This document shows, in pieces, positions 1 to 10,112 of a DNA stretch of 64,000 bases. Each line of letters begins with the position of its first letter. The stretch's first letter is position 1. Location: assembly GCA_903886975.1 (NCBI GenBank), contig CAISOB010000056.1:4935-68934 (forward strand). Direction: 5' to 3'. The position numbers and the translations under genes are program-made. The DNA comes from an uncultured beta proteobacterium. Lineage in GTDB: Bacteria; Pseudomonadota; Gammaproteobacteria; Burkholderiales; Rhodocyclaceae. The notes beneath the pieces were generated by a model. That model searched no databases. It was not told where the DNA came from and was given only the letters and a program-made list of their open reading frames with translations.

Positions 1-303
1 GACACCTGCCGCGCGCAGGCCGAGGGCAATGTGCTCTTCGGTCTCGGCGCGATCCTCTACCAGGAGAACAACGTCAAGGACGGGCGGATCGTCGAATCGA
101 ACTTCCACAACTTCAGGCTGCCGCAAATCGGCGAAATGCCGAAGGTCGAGACGCTGCTTGTGCCCACCGGCGGTTTCTGGGGCGGCCACGGCGAAGCGGC
201 GATTCTGGCCCTGGCCCCGGCCGTCTGCAACGCGGTCTTTGCCGCAACCGGCCAGCGTGTCCGCTCGCTGCCGCTCAAGAACCACGATTTGCGCTTGGCC
301 TGA
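1..303 (+). CDS. C-terminal fragment of a xanthine dehydrogenase-family (IorB-like) molybdopterin-binding subunit, truncated by window start
   Basis: Frame 1 is open from base 1 (DTCRAQAEGNVLFGL...SNFHNFRL...GGHGEAA...AVCNAVFAATGQRVRSLP), the typical end of Mo-hydroxylase large subunits. Confidence 0.9.
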   Translation, partial: DTCRAQAEGNVLFGLGAILYQENNVKDGRIVESNFHNFRLPQIGEMPKVETLLVPTGGFWGGHGEAAILALAPAVCNAVFAATGQRVRSLPLKNHDLRLA

Positions 304-424
304 ATCCTTCCCGACCGCCGCACCTTGACCCCGGGCGGCTTGATCAGGGGCCGGCTTTGCGCGCAAAATCCATGCGCATGCTCTAACAATACTTCTATCG
401 GAATCACGGTCCGGAGGGTTGCTC

Positions 425-907
425 ATGGCGAACTACCGTTTGATGGTCAATGGCAAAGAGCAGGTGGTCGAGTCATGGGACCCGAATCAGCCGTTACTCT
501 ATGTCCTGCGCAATCAGCTCGGCCTGCACGGCGCGAAATTCGGCTGCGGCCTCGGTCAATGCGGCAGCTGCACCGTGCTCATCGACGGCGAGGCGATATT
601 TTCCTGCGTGTACCCGGTGTCGGCGGTGGTAGGCAAGAAGATCACCACGCTCGAGGGCATCGGCAGCGCCGAAAAGCCGCATCCGGTGCAGGCCGCCTTC
701 ATCGCCGAACAGGCCACGCAGTGCGGCTATTGCGGCAGCGGCATGGTCATGGCGAGCGTCGCCCTGCTGCAAGAAAAGCCGCGCCCGAGCAATGCGGACG
801 TGAAGAGCGCGCTGGCCGGCAACCTTTGCCGCTGCGGCTCGCACGACCGCGTGCTGCGGGCGGTGCAACTCGCCGCTCAAGGCATACCCGGCAAGAAGGG
901 AGCTTGA
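425..907 (+). CDS. (2Fe-2S)-binding small subunit of a Mo-hydroxylase (IorA/CoxS-like)
   Basis: KFGCGLGQCGSCTV...C, QCGYC and NLCRCG motifs; ATG at 425 preceded by GGAGGG. Confidence 0.95.
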   Translation: MANYRLMVNGKEQVVESWDPNQPLLYVLRNQLGLHGAKFGCGLGQCGSCTVLIDGEAIFSCVYPVSAVVGKKITTLEGIGSAEKPHPVQAAFIAEQATQCGYCGSGMVMASVALLQEKPRPSNADVKSALAGNLCRCGSHDRVLRAVQLAAQGIPGKKGA

Positions 908-908
908 G

Positions 909-3119
909 ATGAAGATCAGCGACGTTTCGCTTGCGCGCCGTGAATTTCTCAAGGGCGGGGCGTTGGTCATCGGATTCTCGCTCACCGGCCTGCCGCTCGC
1001 GCTGGCCCAAGCGACGGATGCACGCACGCCGCATACGCTCAATCTCGACGAAGTCGACGCCTTTCTCGCGGTGCGCAAGGACGGTTCGGTGATTGTCTAT
1101 TCGGGCAAGGTCGATCTCGGCACCGGACATCGCATCGCCATGCGGCAGATCGTCGCCGAGGAACTGTCAATCGATCCGGCGCGCATCGATCTGATCGAAG
1201 GCGATACCGCCCTCACGCCCAACCAGGGGCCGACCGCCGGCAGCACCGGCGTGATGCGCGGCGGCATGCAGCTGCGCCAGGCTGCGGCGACCGCGCGCGA
1301 AGCCCTGCTCGCGCGCGCGGCGGCGCACCTGCAGACGGGCGCGAGCGAACTCATCTTCAGTGACGGCTACGTGGGCACGGCAACGGCGCGCGTTGCCATT
1401 GCCGAACTCGTGGGCGACCGCGCCTTCGGCGTCAGGATGAACCCCAAGGCGCCGCTCAAGAATCCGGCGCAATACAGCGTCGTCGGCAGGTCGCTGCCGC
1501 GCCCGGATCTTCCGGGCAAGTTCACCGGTCGCCATACGTATGTCCACGATTTCACGCTGCCCGGCATGCTGCATGGACGGCCGCTGCGCCCGCCGGCTGT
1601 CGCCGCCCGGCTGCTCGAAGTCGATGCGGCATCGATCGCCCATCTGCCCGGTGTGCAGGTGGTGCGCATCAAGGACTTTCTCGGCGTCGTGGCCAGCGAC
1701 GAATGGGCGGCGGTACGCGCCGCGCGCGAACTGAAAGCGCGCTGGAGCGCGGGCAGCGGCTTGATCGGCCATGACAATCTCGCGCTGTGGGCGCGCCGCG
1801 GACCCTTCGTGAAGGACGAAATCGTCGTCAGCAAGGGCGACACCAGCGATCTCGCGAACGATCCGCGCCAGTTCGCTGCGAGCTACCAGTGGCCGATCCA
1901 GTCGCACGCCTCGCTCGGGCCATCGTGCGCGGTCGCCGACGTGCGCGCCGACAGTGCAATGATCTGGAGCGCCTCGCAGGCGACGCACCGCTACCAGCCG
2001 GCTTATGCGCAAATGCTCGGCCTGCCGCTCGAGAAGGTGCGTCTCATCTATCTTGACGGTTCGGGCTGCTATGGGATGAACGGCCACGACGACGCGGCGG
2101 CCGACGCCGCGCTGCTGTCCAAGGCCGTCGGCAAACCGGTGCGCGTGCAATGGATGCGACAAGACGAGCTCGGCTGGGATCCAAAAGGGCCGCCGCAATT
2201 GCTCGCGCTGCGCGCCGCGCTCGACGCGCAGGGCCATATCGACGCCTGGGAGGCCGAGATGTGGGTGCCGCTGGCCACCGCCAACCTCGAGCATGTACCG
2301 CTGCTCGCGCCTTCCGACGCCGGCATCGCGCAACCGGCCGGGCAAATGGTCGGCCTGGTCACGCAGAACGCCGATCCGCCCTATCGTGCGGCCCGGGTCA
2401 AAGTGACGGCGCACTGGCTGGAACCGGCGCCCTTGCGCCCGTCGAATATTCGCGCGCCCGGCAAGGTCGCCAACTGCTTCGCCGTCGAAGCCTTCATCGA
2501 CGAACTCGCGGTAGCGGCGAAAATCGATCCGCTCGAATTTCGCCGGCGCGACCTCACCGATCCGCGCGGCATCGAAGTGCTCGATCGCTGCGCCGCGCTG
2601 ATCGGCTGGAAGCCTGCAGAAGCCATGCGACGACGGACGGGCGCCATGGCCCGCGGCCGCGGCATCGCCTACGTGCACTACAAGCACAACGAAACCTATG
2701 TGGCGATGGCCATGGACGTCGAGGTGGTGAAGAAAAGCGGCGAGATCCGCGTCAAGCGCGTCGCTTGCGCCCACGATTGCGGCCTGATGATCAACCCCGG
2801 CGCAGTGCGCAACCAGGTCGAAGGCAATATCCTGCAGGCCCTGTCGCGTAGCTTGTTCGAGGAAACGACTTTCGACAGCCAGCGGGTGACCAGCGTCGAT
2901 TGGGGAAGCTATCGCATCCTGCGCTTTCCCGAAGCGCCCGAGCTCTTGATCGACCTGATCCAGCGCACGGGAGAGCCGCCGCTCGGTGCCGGCGAGGCTG
3001 CGTCATCGCCGGTTGCGGCGGCGCTGGCCAACGCTGTTTACGACGCCGTCGGCGTGCGCTTGCGCACCGCGCCCTTCAGTGCAGAGCGCGTACTCGCGGC
3101 CTTGCGCGCGACGGCCTGA
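909..3119 (+). CDS. Xanthine dehydrogenase-family molybdopterin-binding large subunit with Tat signal (IorB/NicB-like, no cytochrome c domains)
   Basis: ARREFLKGG twin-arginine motif; GKVDLGTG, QVEGNILQ and GAGE motifs; starts 1 nt after the small-subunit stop. Confidence 0.92.
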   Translation: MKISDVSLARREFLKGGALVIGFSLTGLPLALAQATDARTPHTLNLDEVDAFLAVRKDGSVIVYSGKVDLGTGHRIAMRQIVAEELSIDPARIDLIEGDTALTPNQGPTAGSTGVMRGGMQLRQAAATAREALLARAAAHLQTGASELIFSDGYVGTATARVAIAELVGDRAFGVRMNPKAPLKNPAQYSVVGRSLPRPDLPGKFTGRHTYVHDFTLPGMLHGRPLRPPAVAARLLEVDAASIAHLPGVQVVRIKDFLGVVASDEWAAVRAARELKARWSAGSGLIGHDNLALWARRGPFVKDEIVVSKGDTSDLANDPRQFAASYQWPIQSHASLGPSCAVADVRADSAMIWSASQATHRYQPAYAQMLGLPLEKVRLIYLDGSGCYGMNGHDDAAADAALLSKAVGKPVRVQWMRQDELGWDPKGPPQLLALRAALDAQGHIDAWEAEMWVPLATANLEHVPLLAPSDAGIAQPAGQMVGLVTQNADPPYRAARVKVTAHWLEPAPLRPSNIRAPGKVANCFAVEAFIDELAVAAKIDPLEFRRRDLTDPRGIEVLDRCAALIGWKPAEAMRRRTGAMARGRGIAYVHYKHNETYVAMAMDVEVVKKSGEIRVKRVACAHDCGLMINPGAVRNQVEGNILQALSRSLFEETTFDSQRVTSVDWGSYRILRFPEAPELLIDLIQRTGEPPLGAGEAASSPVAAALANAVYDAVGVRLRTAPFSAERVLAALRATA

Positions 3120-3174
3120 AGGACGTTTCGCGATTCAGTGCGCGCGCGACAACTAGGGAAATGCTGAATAACTC

Positions 3175-3240
3175 GTCACACCGGCGAAAGCCGGTGCCCA
3201 GTGCCTAGGCCTACTGGATTCCGGCTTTCGCCGGAATGAC
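3175..3240. repeat. REP doublet (BIME-like), copy 1
   Basis: GTCACACCGGCGAAAGCCGGTGCCCAGT, 10-nt spacer, inverted ACTGGATTCCGGCTTTCGCCGGAATGAC; between convergent genes. Confidence 0.9.
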
Positions 3241-3265
3241 GGCAAAAGACTTAAGCAGCGTTTTC

Positions 3266-5683
3266 CTAGACAATCTCAAGTTCGTCGGGCAAGAGATTGG
3301 GGAGATCGATGGCCATTTCGGCGCTGATGCGCGCGACGGTTGAGGCAAAATCGACGGCCGCAACTGCGCGCGAAAACAGGTAGCCCTGGCCGTAGGCGCA
3401 GCCCATTTCACGCAGCAATGCGAGCTGGCCGGCGTCCTCGACGCCCTCGGCGACGACTTTCAGGCCCAGGCTTCCGGCCATGGTGATGATCGCCTCGACC
3501 AGCGTGCGATCGCTGTTGTCGGCGCTCATGTCCATGATGAAGGATTTATCGATCTTGACGGTGTCCATGGCGAAACGCTTGAGATAGGACAGCGACGAAT
3601 AGCCGGTGCCGAAATCGTCCAGAAAGATGCACAGGCCGCAGGCGCGCAGTTCCTCAATCCAGCGTTGCGCGATGTCGATATCGTTCATCAGCACGCCTTC
3701 GGTGATTTCGATGGCGATGGCATGGGGCGGCAAGTCGTGGCGCCGCAGCGCATCGAGTACGACCGCCGGCGGCAGGTCGTCGGGAATCTGCGAAGCGGAG
3801 ACGTTGACCGAAACATACATCTCGAATCCGTCGCGGCGCCAGGCGGCCGCATGCATGCACGCGCCCTCGAGCACCTGCCGGCCGATTTCGCCGATCAGGC
3901 CGACGCGTTCGGCAAGCGGTATGAAGATTTCGGGCGAAATGAAACCGCGCGCGGGATGTTGCCAGCGCAACAGGGCTTCGGCGCCGGCCATGCAACCGGT
4001 ACGCAGGTCGATGATCGGCTGGAAGGCAAGGCACAGCTCGCCGCCATTGACGGCGAGACGCAAGTCATCCTCGAGCCGGCGCCGATGTTCAACCACCATC
4101 TGCAATTGCTGGTCGAAGAAGCGGTAACCCGTCGTGCCGACGCTGCGGCTCGCTTCGCGCGCGCTGTTCAATGCCAGTTCGGCGCTGCGCAAGAGCTGCG
4201 GCATATCGGCGCCATCCTGCGGGAAGAAAGCGACGCCGATGCTGGCGCCGATCAGCACCGACTCGCGTCCGACCGCGTAGTGCTCGCAGAGCAGCGCATG
4301 CATCGCCTCGATGCGCGGCGCCAGCGCTTCGCGCGCGTCGGCGCCGGCGAGGATCAGCACGAAGTCGTCGCCGCCGGTGCGCGCCAGATAATCGTCGGGC
4401 TGCACCGTGGCCCGGATGCGCTTGGCCACCTTCAGCAGGACCTGGTCGCCGACCGGGAATCCCATCGCGTCATTGACCAGCTTGAACCCATCAAGGTCTA
4501 TCATGACAATGGCAAACGGTGGCGTGTCGGCATCGACTGTGGAGAAAGCCTGCAGCAGCCCCTGACGGTTGAAGAAGCCGGTCAATGGGTCGGTGACGGC
4601 GAGCCGGCGCGCGGTCATTTCCTCGCGCTTGCGCGTCGTGACGTCGGTGATCGTGCCCTGCATGCTGCCATCGCCGAGCGGCATGACGGCAACATGCAGC
4701 CAGCGTTCATCGCCGCGCCGGCCGCGTAGAAGAAAATCGTCGGCGCACGGGAGCTGCGTTTGGGCACAGCGATGCAGCAGATCGATCAGTTGCGCGCCCT
4801 CGCTCCAGCCCGCTTCGATCAGCCGGCGCGGTTCTTCCGCGACCGTACGCGAGAGCCAAGTGAGCGAGATGAAAGCCGGGTTGAAGGAGGCCAGGCGGCC
4901 GTCGATGTCGGCGACAAAAATCCCCGACGAAGCATGGTCGAAAAGATTCTGGTACTTGCGCTGCGCGATTTCGTGCTGCCGCCGCAGTTCGCGCTCCTGG
5001 TTGAGCGTGCTCACCAGCCGCCCGGTCAGATCGTTGATGTCGCCGACCAGGCGGCCGATCTCGGTGCCGGCGTGGCCCTCGGGGATGGCCAAGGCACCGC
5101 CGTTGACCGGATCGTGCCGGTGCATGCGGTCCGAGGTCGCCTTGATCGGGCGCACGACGACGAGGAAGACCATCCCGGCCGTGCCGACGATCACCAGCAG
5201 CAATTGGGAAAGCAGCATGAGCAGGGCGTAACGCGAATTGTCGTCCACCCGTTTGTAGATCGCATCCCAGTTGGCATCGAGGCTGATGCCGCCAATCACT
5301 TCGGCCTTCTTGAATGGCGAGCGCAGGACGCGGTCGACCGGCGGCTGATTGGCGAATTGCGTCGCCGAACGTTCGGCACGGGCGAGTACCGTCGGGCCGG
5401 CGGAAATCGTCACGCGTTGCACCTCGCTATTGCGCAGCAAGCCCTGCACGACCTCGCGCGCCAACTGCTCGTCGTTGGCGAAAATGGCCACGCTGGCAGT
5501 GCTCTCGACGGCGTCGAGGAGTTCGCTCAGGCGTTGCAGCGCTTCGCCGTGGCCGCGCGTCGCGACCTGCTCGCGAATCACCAGACTGGACAAGCCGCCG
5601 AGCAGCACCGTGATCAGCGTGACGGCGGCCAGGCTGCGAAACACAATGCCCTTGAACCACGGTGTGAGCTGAGGGCTAGCCAT
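3266..5683 (-). CDS. Membrane-bound HAMP-PAS-GGDEF-EAL c-di-GMP enzyme
   Basis: Start MASPQL at 5683 (the 903-aa track ORF runs into the upstream gene); two TM segments, PAS, variant GGDDF, intact EAL and DDFGTGYSSL. Confidence 0.92.
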   Translation of the reverse strand: MASPQLTPWFKGIVFRSLAAVTLITVLLGGLSSLVIREQVATRGHGEALQRLSELLDAVESTASVAIFANDEQLAREVVQGLLRNSEVQRVTISAGPTVLARAERSATQFANQPPVDRVLRSPFKKAEVIGGISLDANWDAIYKRVDDNSRYALLMLLSQLLLVIVGTAGMVFLVVVRPIKATSDRMHRHDPVNGGALAIPEGHAGTEIGRLVGDINDLTGRLVSTLNQERELRRQHEIAQRKYQNLFDHASSGIFVADIDGRLASFNPAFISLTWLSRTVAEEPRRLIEAGWSEGAQLIDLLHRCAQTQLPCADDFLLRGRRGDERWLHVAVMPLGDGSMQGTITDVTTRKREEMTARRLAVTDPLTGFFNRQGLLQAFSTVDADTPPFAIVMIDLDGFKLVNDAMGFPVGDQVLLKVAKRIRATVQPDDYLARTGGDDFVLILAGADAREALAPRIEAMHALLCEHYAVGRESVLIGASIGVAFFPQDGADMPQLLRSAELALNSAREASRSVGTTGYRFFDQQLQMVVEHRRRLEDDLRLAVNGGELCLAFQPIIDLRTGCMAGAEALLRWQHPARGFISPEIFIPLAERVGLIGEIGRQVLEGACMHAAAWRRDGFEMYVSVNVSASQIPDDLPPAVVLDALRRHDLPPHAIAIEITEGVLMNDIDIAQRWIEELRACGLCIFLDDFGTGYSSLSYLKRFAMDTVKIDKSFIMDMSADNSDRTLVEAIITMAGSLGLKVVAEGVEDAGQLALLREMGCAYGQGYLFSRAVAAVDFASTVARISAEMAIDLPNLLPDELEIV

Positions 5684-5687
5684 CGGG

Positions 5688-6113
5688 CTATTCCGCGATC
5701 TCGAAAACGACGACGAACCGCGAATCGACGCGGGCCTTGTCGACGTAGGCCAGCGCGTCGGGATGCAGCAGGACGATTTGCAAGGCGTCCTCGTTGCTGC
5801 CGGCGATGCGCGGCGGCCGGGTCTTGCCGGAAAATACCAGGCGCGACCAGTAGGCGTTGATCTCGGCCAGATTCTTGTCGACGAGCTGCCGATAGAAGCG
5901 CGCTTTGAGCGCCGAATCCGCGGGCTGGTCGATCGGTTCGGCGGTAGCGCCCGAGGCCAGCCGGCGGTAGCGGCCAAGATAGATATTGGTCACTTCGTCC
6001 TGCGACAGACGCGTGATGCCAGCCTTGGGATTGGCCACCACCACCCAGTCCGCGGCCGCCGCCGGCCAGGCGGCGGCAAGCAGCAGGATCAGGAGCGCGT
6101 GCGCGGTCTTCAT
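5688..6113 (-). CDS. Small periplasmic protein resembling the phosphate-ABC substrate-binding-like family (141 aa)
   Basis: Signal peptide MKTAHALLILLLAAAWPAAA; VVVANP and AYWSRLVFSGKTRPP motifs; 4-nt gaps to both neighbours. Confidence 0.8.
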   Translation of the reverse strand: MKTAHALLILLLAAAWPAAAADWVVVANPKAGITRLSQDEVTNIYLGRYRRLASGATAEPIDQPADSALKARFYRQLVDKNLAEINAYWSRLVFSGKTRPPRIAGSNEDALQIVLLHPDALAYVDKARVDSRFVVVFEIAE

Positions 6114-6117
6114 CGCA

Positions 6118-7404
6118 TCAAAAGATGAAGTCGAGGCACAGACTGAGCACATCGGTGTGCCCATTCCAGCCGGCTTCGCTGTGCGCGAAGGGAAAGCGCG
6201 AAGCGGAAGTGCCGCGGACCGCGTCCCACTGCACCTTGAGCGCCATATTCTGGCGAAAGTCCCAGCGCGCGCCGAGCGTATAGGTGTTCTGGTCGGCGGT
6301 CGAGGCGACCATGATCTGGTCGAAGGCCTGGTTGAGCGCGGCAAAAGGCGCGACATCGGGCAGGCCCGTCGTATTAGGTTTGAACTTGCTTCGCCACCAC
6401 GACACGCCGGCGAAGGGTGTCACCGGCCCGAGGCGGTAACCGGCCAGCACGTAGCCGGCGCGCGAATTCTGGAAGACCTCGGTCTCGTGATGAATGCTGT
6501 TGAGCATTCCCTGGACCTGCAGGGGACCGTCGTCATACACCGCCCCGACCGAATAGAAGCGGGTGGTCGTGTTGCGGGTCGTCAGCGCGTCTGCGGCAGC
6601 GATGGCGCTCGGATAGCCGAAAGTGGCGCCAACCGATCGCAGCGTGTCCGGCAAGGGCGCGAACTTGATATCGTTGGAAAATTTTATGCTGGCGGTATTG
6701 GCACGCAGCAGCCAGGGCCCGGCCTGGTAATCGAGCACCAGGCCGGCTACCGGCGAACCACTGGTATCCCACACGCCGGGAGCTCCCGTCGCCTTTTCGT
6801 GCGTCGCGCCGCCGAACAGTTTGCCGCGCACCAGCCCGTCGCCGAGCGGCAAGGTGACGCTGGCGTCGGCGCCGTCAAAATGGGAGAAGAAGAGCGGGCC
6901 GAAGAAATCCGACGGCGGCCGGACCGGCAGGTAGGAATAGCCGACCAACCGCGAATCGGCGAGCATCATGAAGTCGGCGCCGATGCGCCCGGCGCGCAGC
7001 GACAGGCGCGCATCCGGATCCCATTTGGCGAAGGCCCACATCACTTCCGGATTGTGGCTGCCATCGTAGTGATAGCGGCTGACCACCTGCCCGACCAGTT
7101 CGACGGTCGGCGTGGCTCGCCAATTGGTCTGCACGCCGAACAGCGTATCGATGAGTCCCGACCAGTGGTCCGAGATACCCTTGGGTTGCGACAGGTCGCG
7201 CACGAACTCGACCTGGTCGGACGACGATCGCGCGATGCCGAGCGTGCCGAAGCCGCTCAGGCTCAGGTTCGATTCCGGGGTCGGCTCCGCGGCGTCCGCA
7301 GCCGCAGCCCCAGCATGAACGGGAAGGCCGAGGACGGCAAGGCACCCGAGCAGCAGGAAACTATTGTATGCGCTGGCTGCGAAGCGCGCCGGTTTGGCAT
7401 TCAT
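6118..7404 (-). CDS. Putative outer-membrane beta-barrel (porin-like) protein
   Basis: Signal peptide, LSLSGFGTLG start of mature chain, amphipathic strands, C-terminal DFIF ending in Phe. Confidence 0.78.
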   Translation of the reverse strand: MNAKPARFAASAYNSFLLLGCLAVLGLPVHAGAAAADAAEPTPESNLSLSGFGTLGIARSSSDQVEFVRDLSQPKGISDHWSGLIDTLFGVQTNWRATPTVELVGQVVSRYHYDGSHNPEVMWAFAKWDPDARLSLRAGRIGADFMMLADSRLVGYSYLPVRPPSDFFGPLFFSHFDGADASVTLPLGDGLVRGKLFGGATHEKATGAPGVWDTSGSPVAGLVLDYQAGPWLLRANTASIKFSNDIKFAPLPDTLRSVGATFGYPSAIAAADALTTRNTTTRFYSVGAVYDDGPLQVQGMLNSIHHETEVFQNSRAGYVLAGYRLGPVTPFAGVSWWRSKFKPNTTGLPDVAPFAALNQAFDQIMVASTADQNTYTLGARWDFRQNMALKVQWDAVRGTSASRFPFAHSEAGWNGHTDVLSLCLDFIF

Positions 7405-7741
7405 TTCTTGTTCTTATCCCTGGTCGTCGACGCGCGAAAAATTTGAGCCGCGGACCGCGCAAAGTCCGCGCAAGCACTGCTAGGATAACTTAAAGTCGCC
7501 CTGCCCTTGTGGCCTGGTTTGCCTTTTCACAATTCTAATTGCATTTCACCCCGACCTAGAATGGCTGACTGAAACCGTCCGAATCAGGCCTCCAAGAGAG
7601 GATATTCGCAGAACAATCACTGCTTGTGCATCCGTAGTTTCCGCAATAAGGACGCGCGGTCTCAGAGACGACCGGAACCCGGCGCCGGCTGAGCGGCAAA
7701 GCTCGGGATGCTTCACCGGCCTGCGGGTCGGCCGCGCGCCC

Positions 7742-8701
7742 TCAAGCCAACGCTGCGTAAAAATCGACCATCCGCTTGCGCAGCGCGGCGTCCGGCAAAC
7801 GCCCGCGCCCGGCCTGCAGGTTGTCGATCATGTAGACGGGCTTGTCGGTACCGGGGATGACGCAGGTCACGGCCTCGTGCGCGAGAATAAATTTGAGGAA
7901 GAACTGGCCCCAGCTTGCCGCATCGAATTCCGCGGCCCAGACCGGCAATTCCTTGCCGCGCACGGCGCTGAACAGTTTGCCGCGGCCGAACGGCAGGTTG
8001 ATCAGCACCGCCGCCCCGGCGTCGCGGGCCGCCGGCAGCAAGCGCTCCTCGACGCTGCGATCGGCGAGCGAATAATTGACTTGGATGAAATCCGGTTTCT
8101 CGCGGCGCATCACCGCGACCAGCCGTTCGTGCGCCTCGTCGACGTAGTGCGTGATGCCGAAATAGCGGCAGATTCCGGCCTGCTTCCATTCGCGCAGTTG
8201 GGCGATCTGCGCGGCGGTATCGCGGTCGCTCGTACCGACGTTATGCAATTGCATCAGATCGAGCTTGTCGCTGTGCAAGCGGCGCAGCGATTGCTGCATC
8301 TCGGCCTGGGCTGAGGCGCGGTCGGTGGCGCGCACCTTGGTCGCGACGAATGTCCGCGATCGCGCGCCCATCTCGGCGAGCAAATCGCCGACGACGTTCT
8401 CGGCGCTTGCGTAGGATGGCGCCGTGTCGATCAGCCGGCCGCCGCCGTCGAACAGGGTTTGCAAAACAGCGCGCCGTTCGCGGCGCTGGGCCGCATCGTC
8501 ACCGACATCGAAAACGATGGAGGTGCCGAGTCCGATCACCGGCAGCTGTTCGCCGCTGACCGGAATCGCCCGGCTGCGCAGCGGTTCAGCCGCCCCTGCA
8601 GGCCAGTCGGGAAACACTGTCGCCGCGCCGCCGGCGACACCCAGCGCGAAGAATCTTCGGCGCGAAAGACAAACATCCGGTGCGGCGATTCGATGGCTCA
8701 T
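7742..8701 (-). CDS. Aldo/keto reductase with Tat signal peptide
   Basis: SRRRFF twin-arginine motif, AGA-A cleavage-like site; AKR tetrad motifs IDTAPSY, VATKV, DLMQLHN; VIPGT cofactor loop. Confidence 0.93.
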   Translation of the reverse strand: MSHRIAAPDVCLSRRRFFALGVAGGAATVFPDWPAGAAEPLRSRAIPVSGEQLPVIGLGTSIVFDVGDDAAQRRERRAVLQTLFDGGGRLIDTAPSYASAENVVGDLLAEMGARSRTFVATKVRATDRASAQAEMQQSLRRLHSDKLDLMQLHNVGTSDRDTAAQIAQLREWKQAGICRYFGITHYVDEAHERLVAVMRREKPDFIQVNYSLADRSVEERLLPAARDAGAAVLINLPFGRGKLFSAVRGKELPVWAAEFDAASWGQFFLKFILAHEAVTCVIPGTDKPVYMIDNLQAGRGRLPDAALRKRMVDFYAALA

Positions 8702-8702
8702 C

Positions 8703-10070
8703 TCATGCTCCTTTGCTTGAAAGCGGTTCGGCAAGCGAGCGAGCGCGGCGCTCCTGCGCGCGGCCGAGTGCGATGGCCAGCGCAGCCCAGGCCAGCATCA
8801 GCGGCAGGCTTGACGCGGAGATCGCGGCGAGGTCGAGTCCGGCGGCGCGCAGCGTCGCGAAGAGCCAGCCGTTGAAAGCGTCGGCGCCGCGAAAGACGAC
8901 AATGTCGATGACATTCTTGGCCTTGTATTTTTCGGCGCGCTCGACGACCGTGAAGAACACCTCGCGCGCCGGGTTGGAAACGGCGAAATTGGCGGTGCGC
9001 TGTATCGCCTGGAAAGCGATGACCACCGCCAGAGTCGGCGAAACCCAGAGCACCAGGAAACCGAGCGCAAATACGCAAGGCAGAAAGGCCGCGGCGGCGC
9101 CGACGCCGAAACGCGTGATCAGGCGGCCGGTGGCAAAGCATTGCACGATGATCGTCAGGATGCCGATCGAGAGGTCGATGCTGGCGAAGATGCGCACGCG
9201 CACCGCCGGATCGTCGGAGGCTGCGGCGACGATGCTCGCCTGTTGGAAGTAGAGGAAGGTTCCGGCCAGCGAGAGCAGCGCGACCCACAGAGCGATGCCG
9301 CCGAGGTAAGGCGAGCGCAGCAGCAGCACGATGCCGTCGAGCCAACTGCCGCCCAGCGACCCCGAAGGCGCGCCGGGCGCTGCCAATGGCGCGCTGGGCC
9401 GAGCGGCGGCAGCGGCATCCGCCGCTGCGTGGGCCGCCAGCGCCGCAACCCGTTCCAGGCGGCGCGCGCAATACACGGCAAGTTCCAGGAACAGCGCGGC
9501 GATAACCAGCAAATTCACCGGCCCGAGCGGCGCCGCCAGACCGACGGTCAGCAAGGGTCCGAGCAGCGCTCCGGCGGAGCCGCCGGCGGCAATGAAACCG
9601 AACAGCCGCTTGCCCTGTTCGCTGGCGTAAAGATCGGCCATGAAGGACCAGAAGACCGAGACCGTAAACAGGTTGAAGACGCTGATCCAGACGAAGAACA
9701 CCCGCGCCACATAGACCTTGCTGACGTCGAAAGTCAGCAGCAGCCAGAACAGCGCAATGTTGATGACGAAGAAATGGTAGACCAAGGGGATGAAGCGCTG
9801 GCGCGGCAGGCCGGCGACGACGGCGCCGAACAGCGGCACGGCGGCGAGCATGACGACGAAGGTGGCGGTGAATAGCCATTGCAGGTTGCGCACGCCGCCG
9901 GCGATGCCCATTTCGTCGCGCAGCGGGCGCAGCACGTAGTAGCCGGCGAGCAGACAGAAGAAATAGGCGAAGGACCAGAGCAAGGCCGGAATTTCACCGC
10001 TGCGCACCGCGACCACGCGTGCCAGCGCGCGCTGCAGCCGCGCGACGCGGTCCGGATCGTGCGGAATCAC
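8703..10070 (-). CDS. MFS transporter of the ATP:ADP antiporter (AAA/TLC, NTT-like) family
   Basis: About 12 hydrophobic segments; YYVLRPLRD, FWSFMADLY..EQGKRLFGFIAAGG and KYKAKNVID motifs. Confidence 0.8.
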   Translation of the reverse strand: MIPHDPDRVARLQRALARVVAVRSGEIPALLWSFAYFFCLLAGYYVLRPLRDEMGIAGGVRNLQWLFTATFVVMLAAVPLFGAVVAGLPRQRFIPLVYHFFVINIALFWLLLTFDVSKVYVARVFFVWISVFNLFTVSVFWSFMADLYASEQGKRLFGFIAAGGSAGALLGPLLTVGLAAPLGPVNLLVIAALFLELAVYCARRLERVAALAAHAAADAAAAARPSAPLAAPGAPSGSLGGSWLDGIVLLLRSPYLGGIALWVALLSLAGTFLYFQQASIVAAASDDPAVRVRIFASIDLSIGILTIIVQCFATGRLITRFGVGAAAAFLPCVFALGFLVLWVSPTLAVVIAFQAIQRTANFAVSNPAREVFFTVVERAEKYKAKNVIDIVVFRGADAFNGWLFATLRAAGLDLAAISASSLPLMLAWAALAIALGRAQERRARSLAEPLSSKGA

Positions 10071-10112
10071 ACAGCCTGCCTCAAGGCGAAGACGCGATCG
10101 GCTTTTGCGATC

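Noticed and set aside
5684-5977. 98-aa N-terminal extension of the GGDEF-EAL ORF
   Set aside because: It is an off-frame reading of the upstream periplasmic-protein gene; ATG 5683 gives a normal 4-nt gap.
7480-7530. GGCAAACC motif on the minus strand upstream of the porin/c-di-GMP operon, reminiscent of a c-di-GMP-I (GEMM) riboswitch
   Set aside because: The following stem pairs poorly, the loop is not GNRA and the GCAAAG motif is absent. An Infernal scan with RF01051 would settle it.
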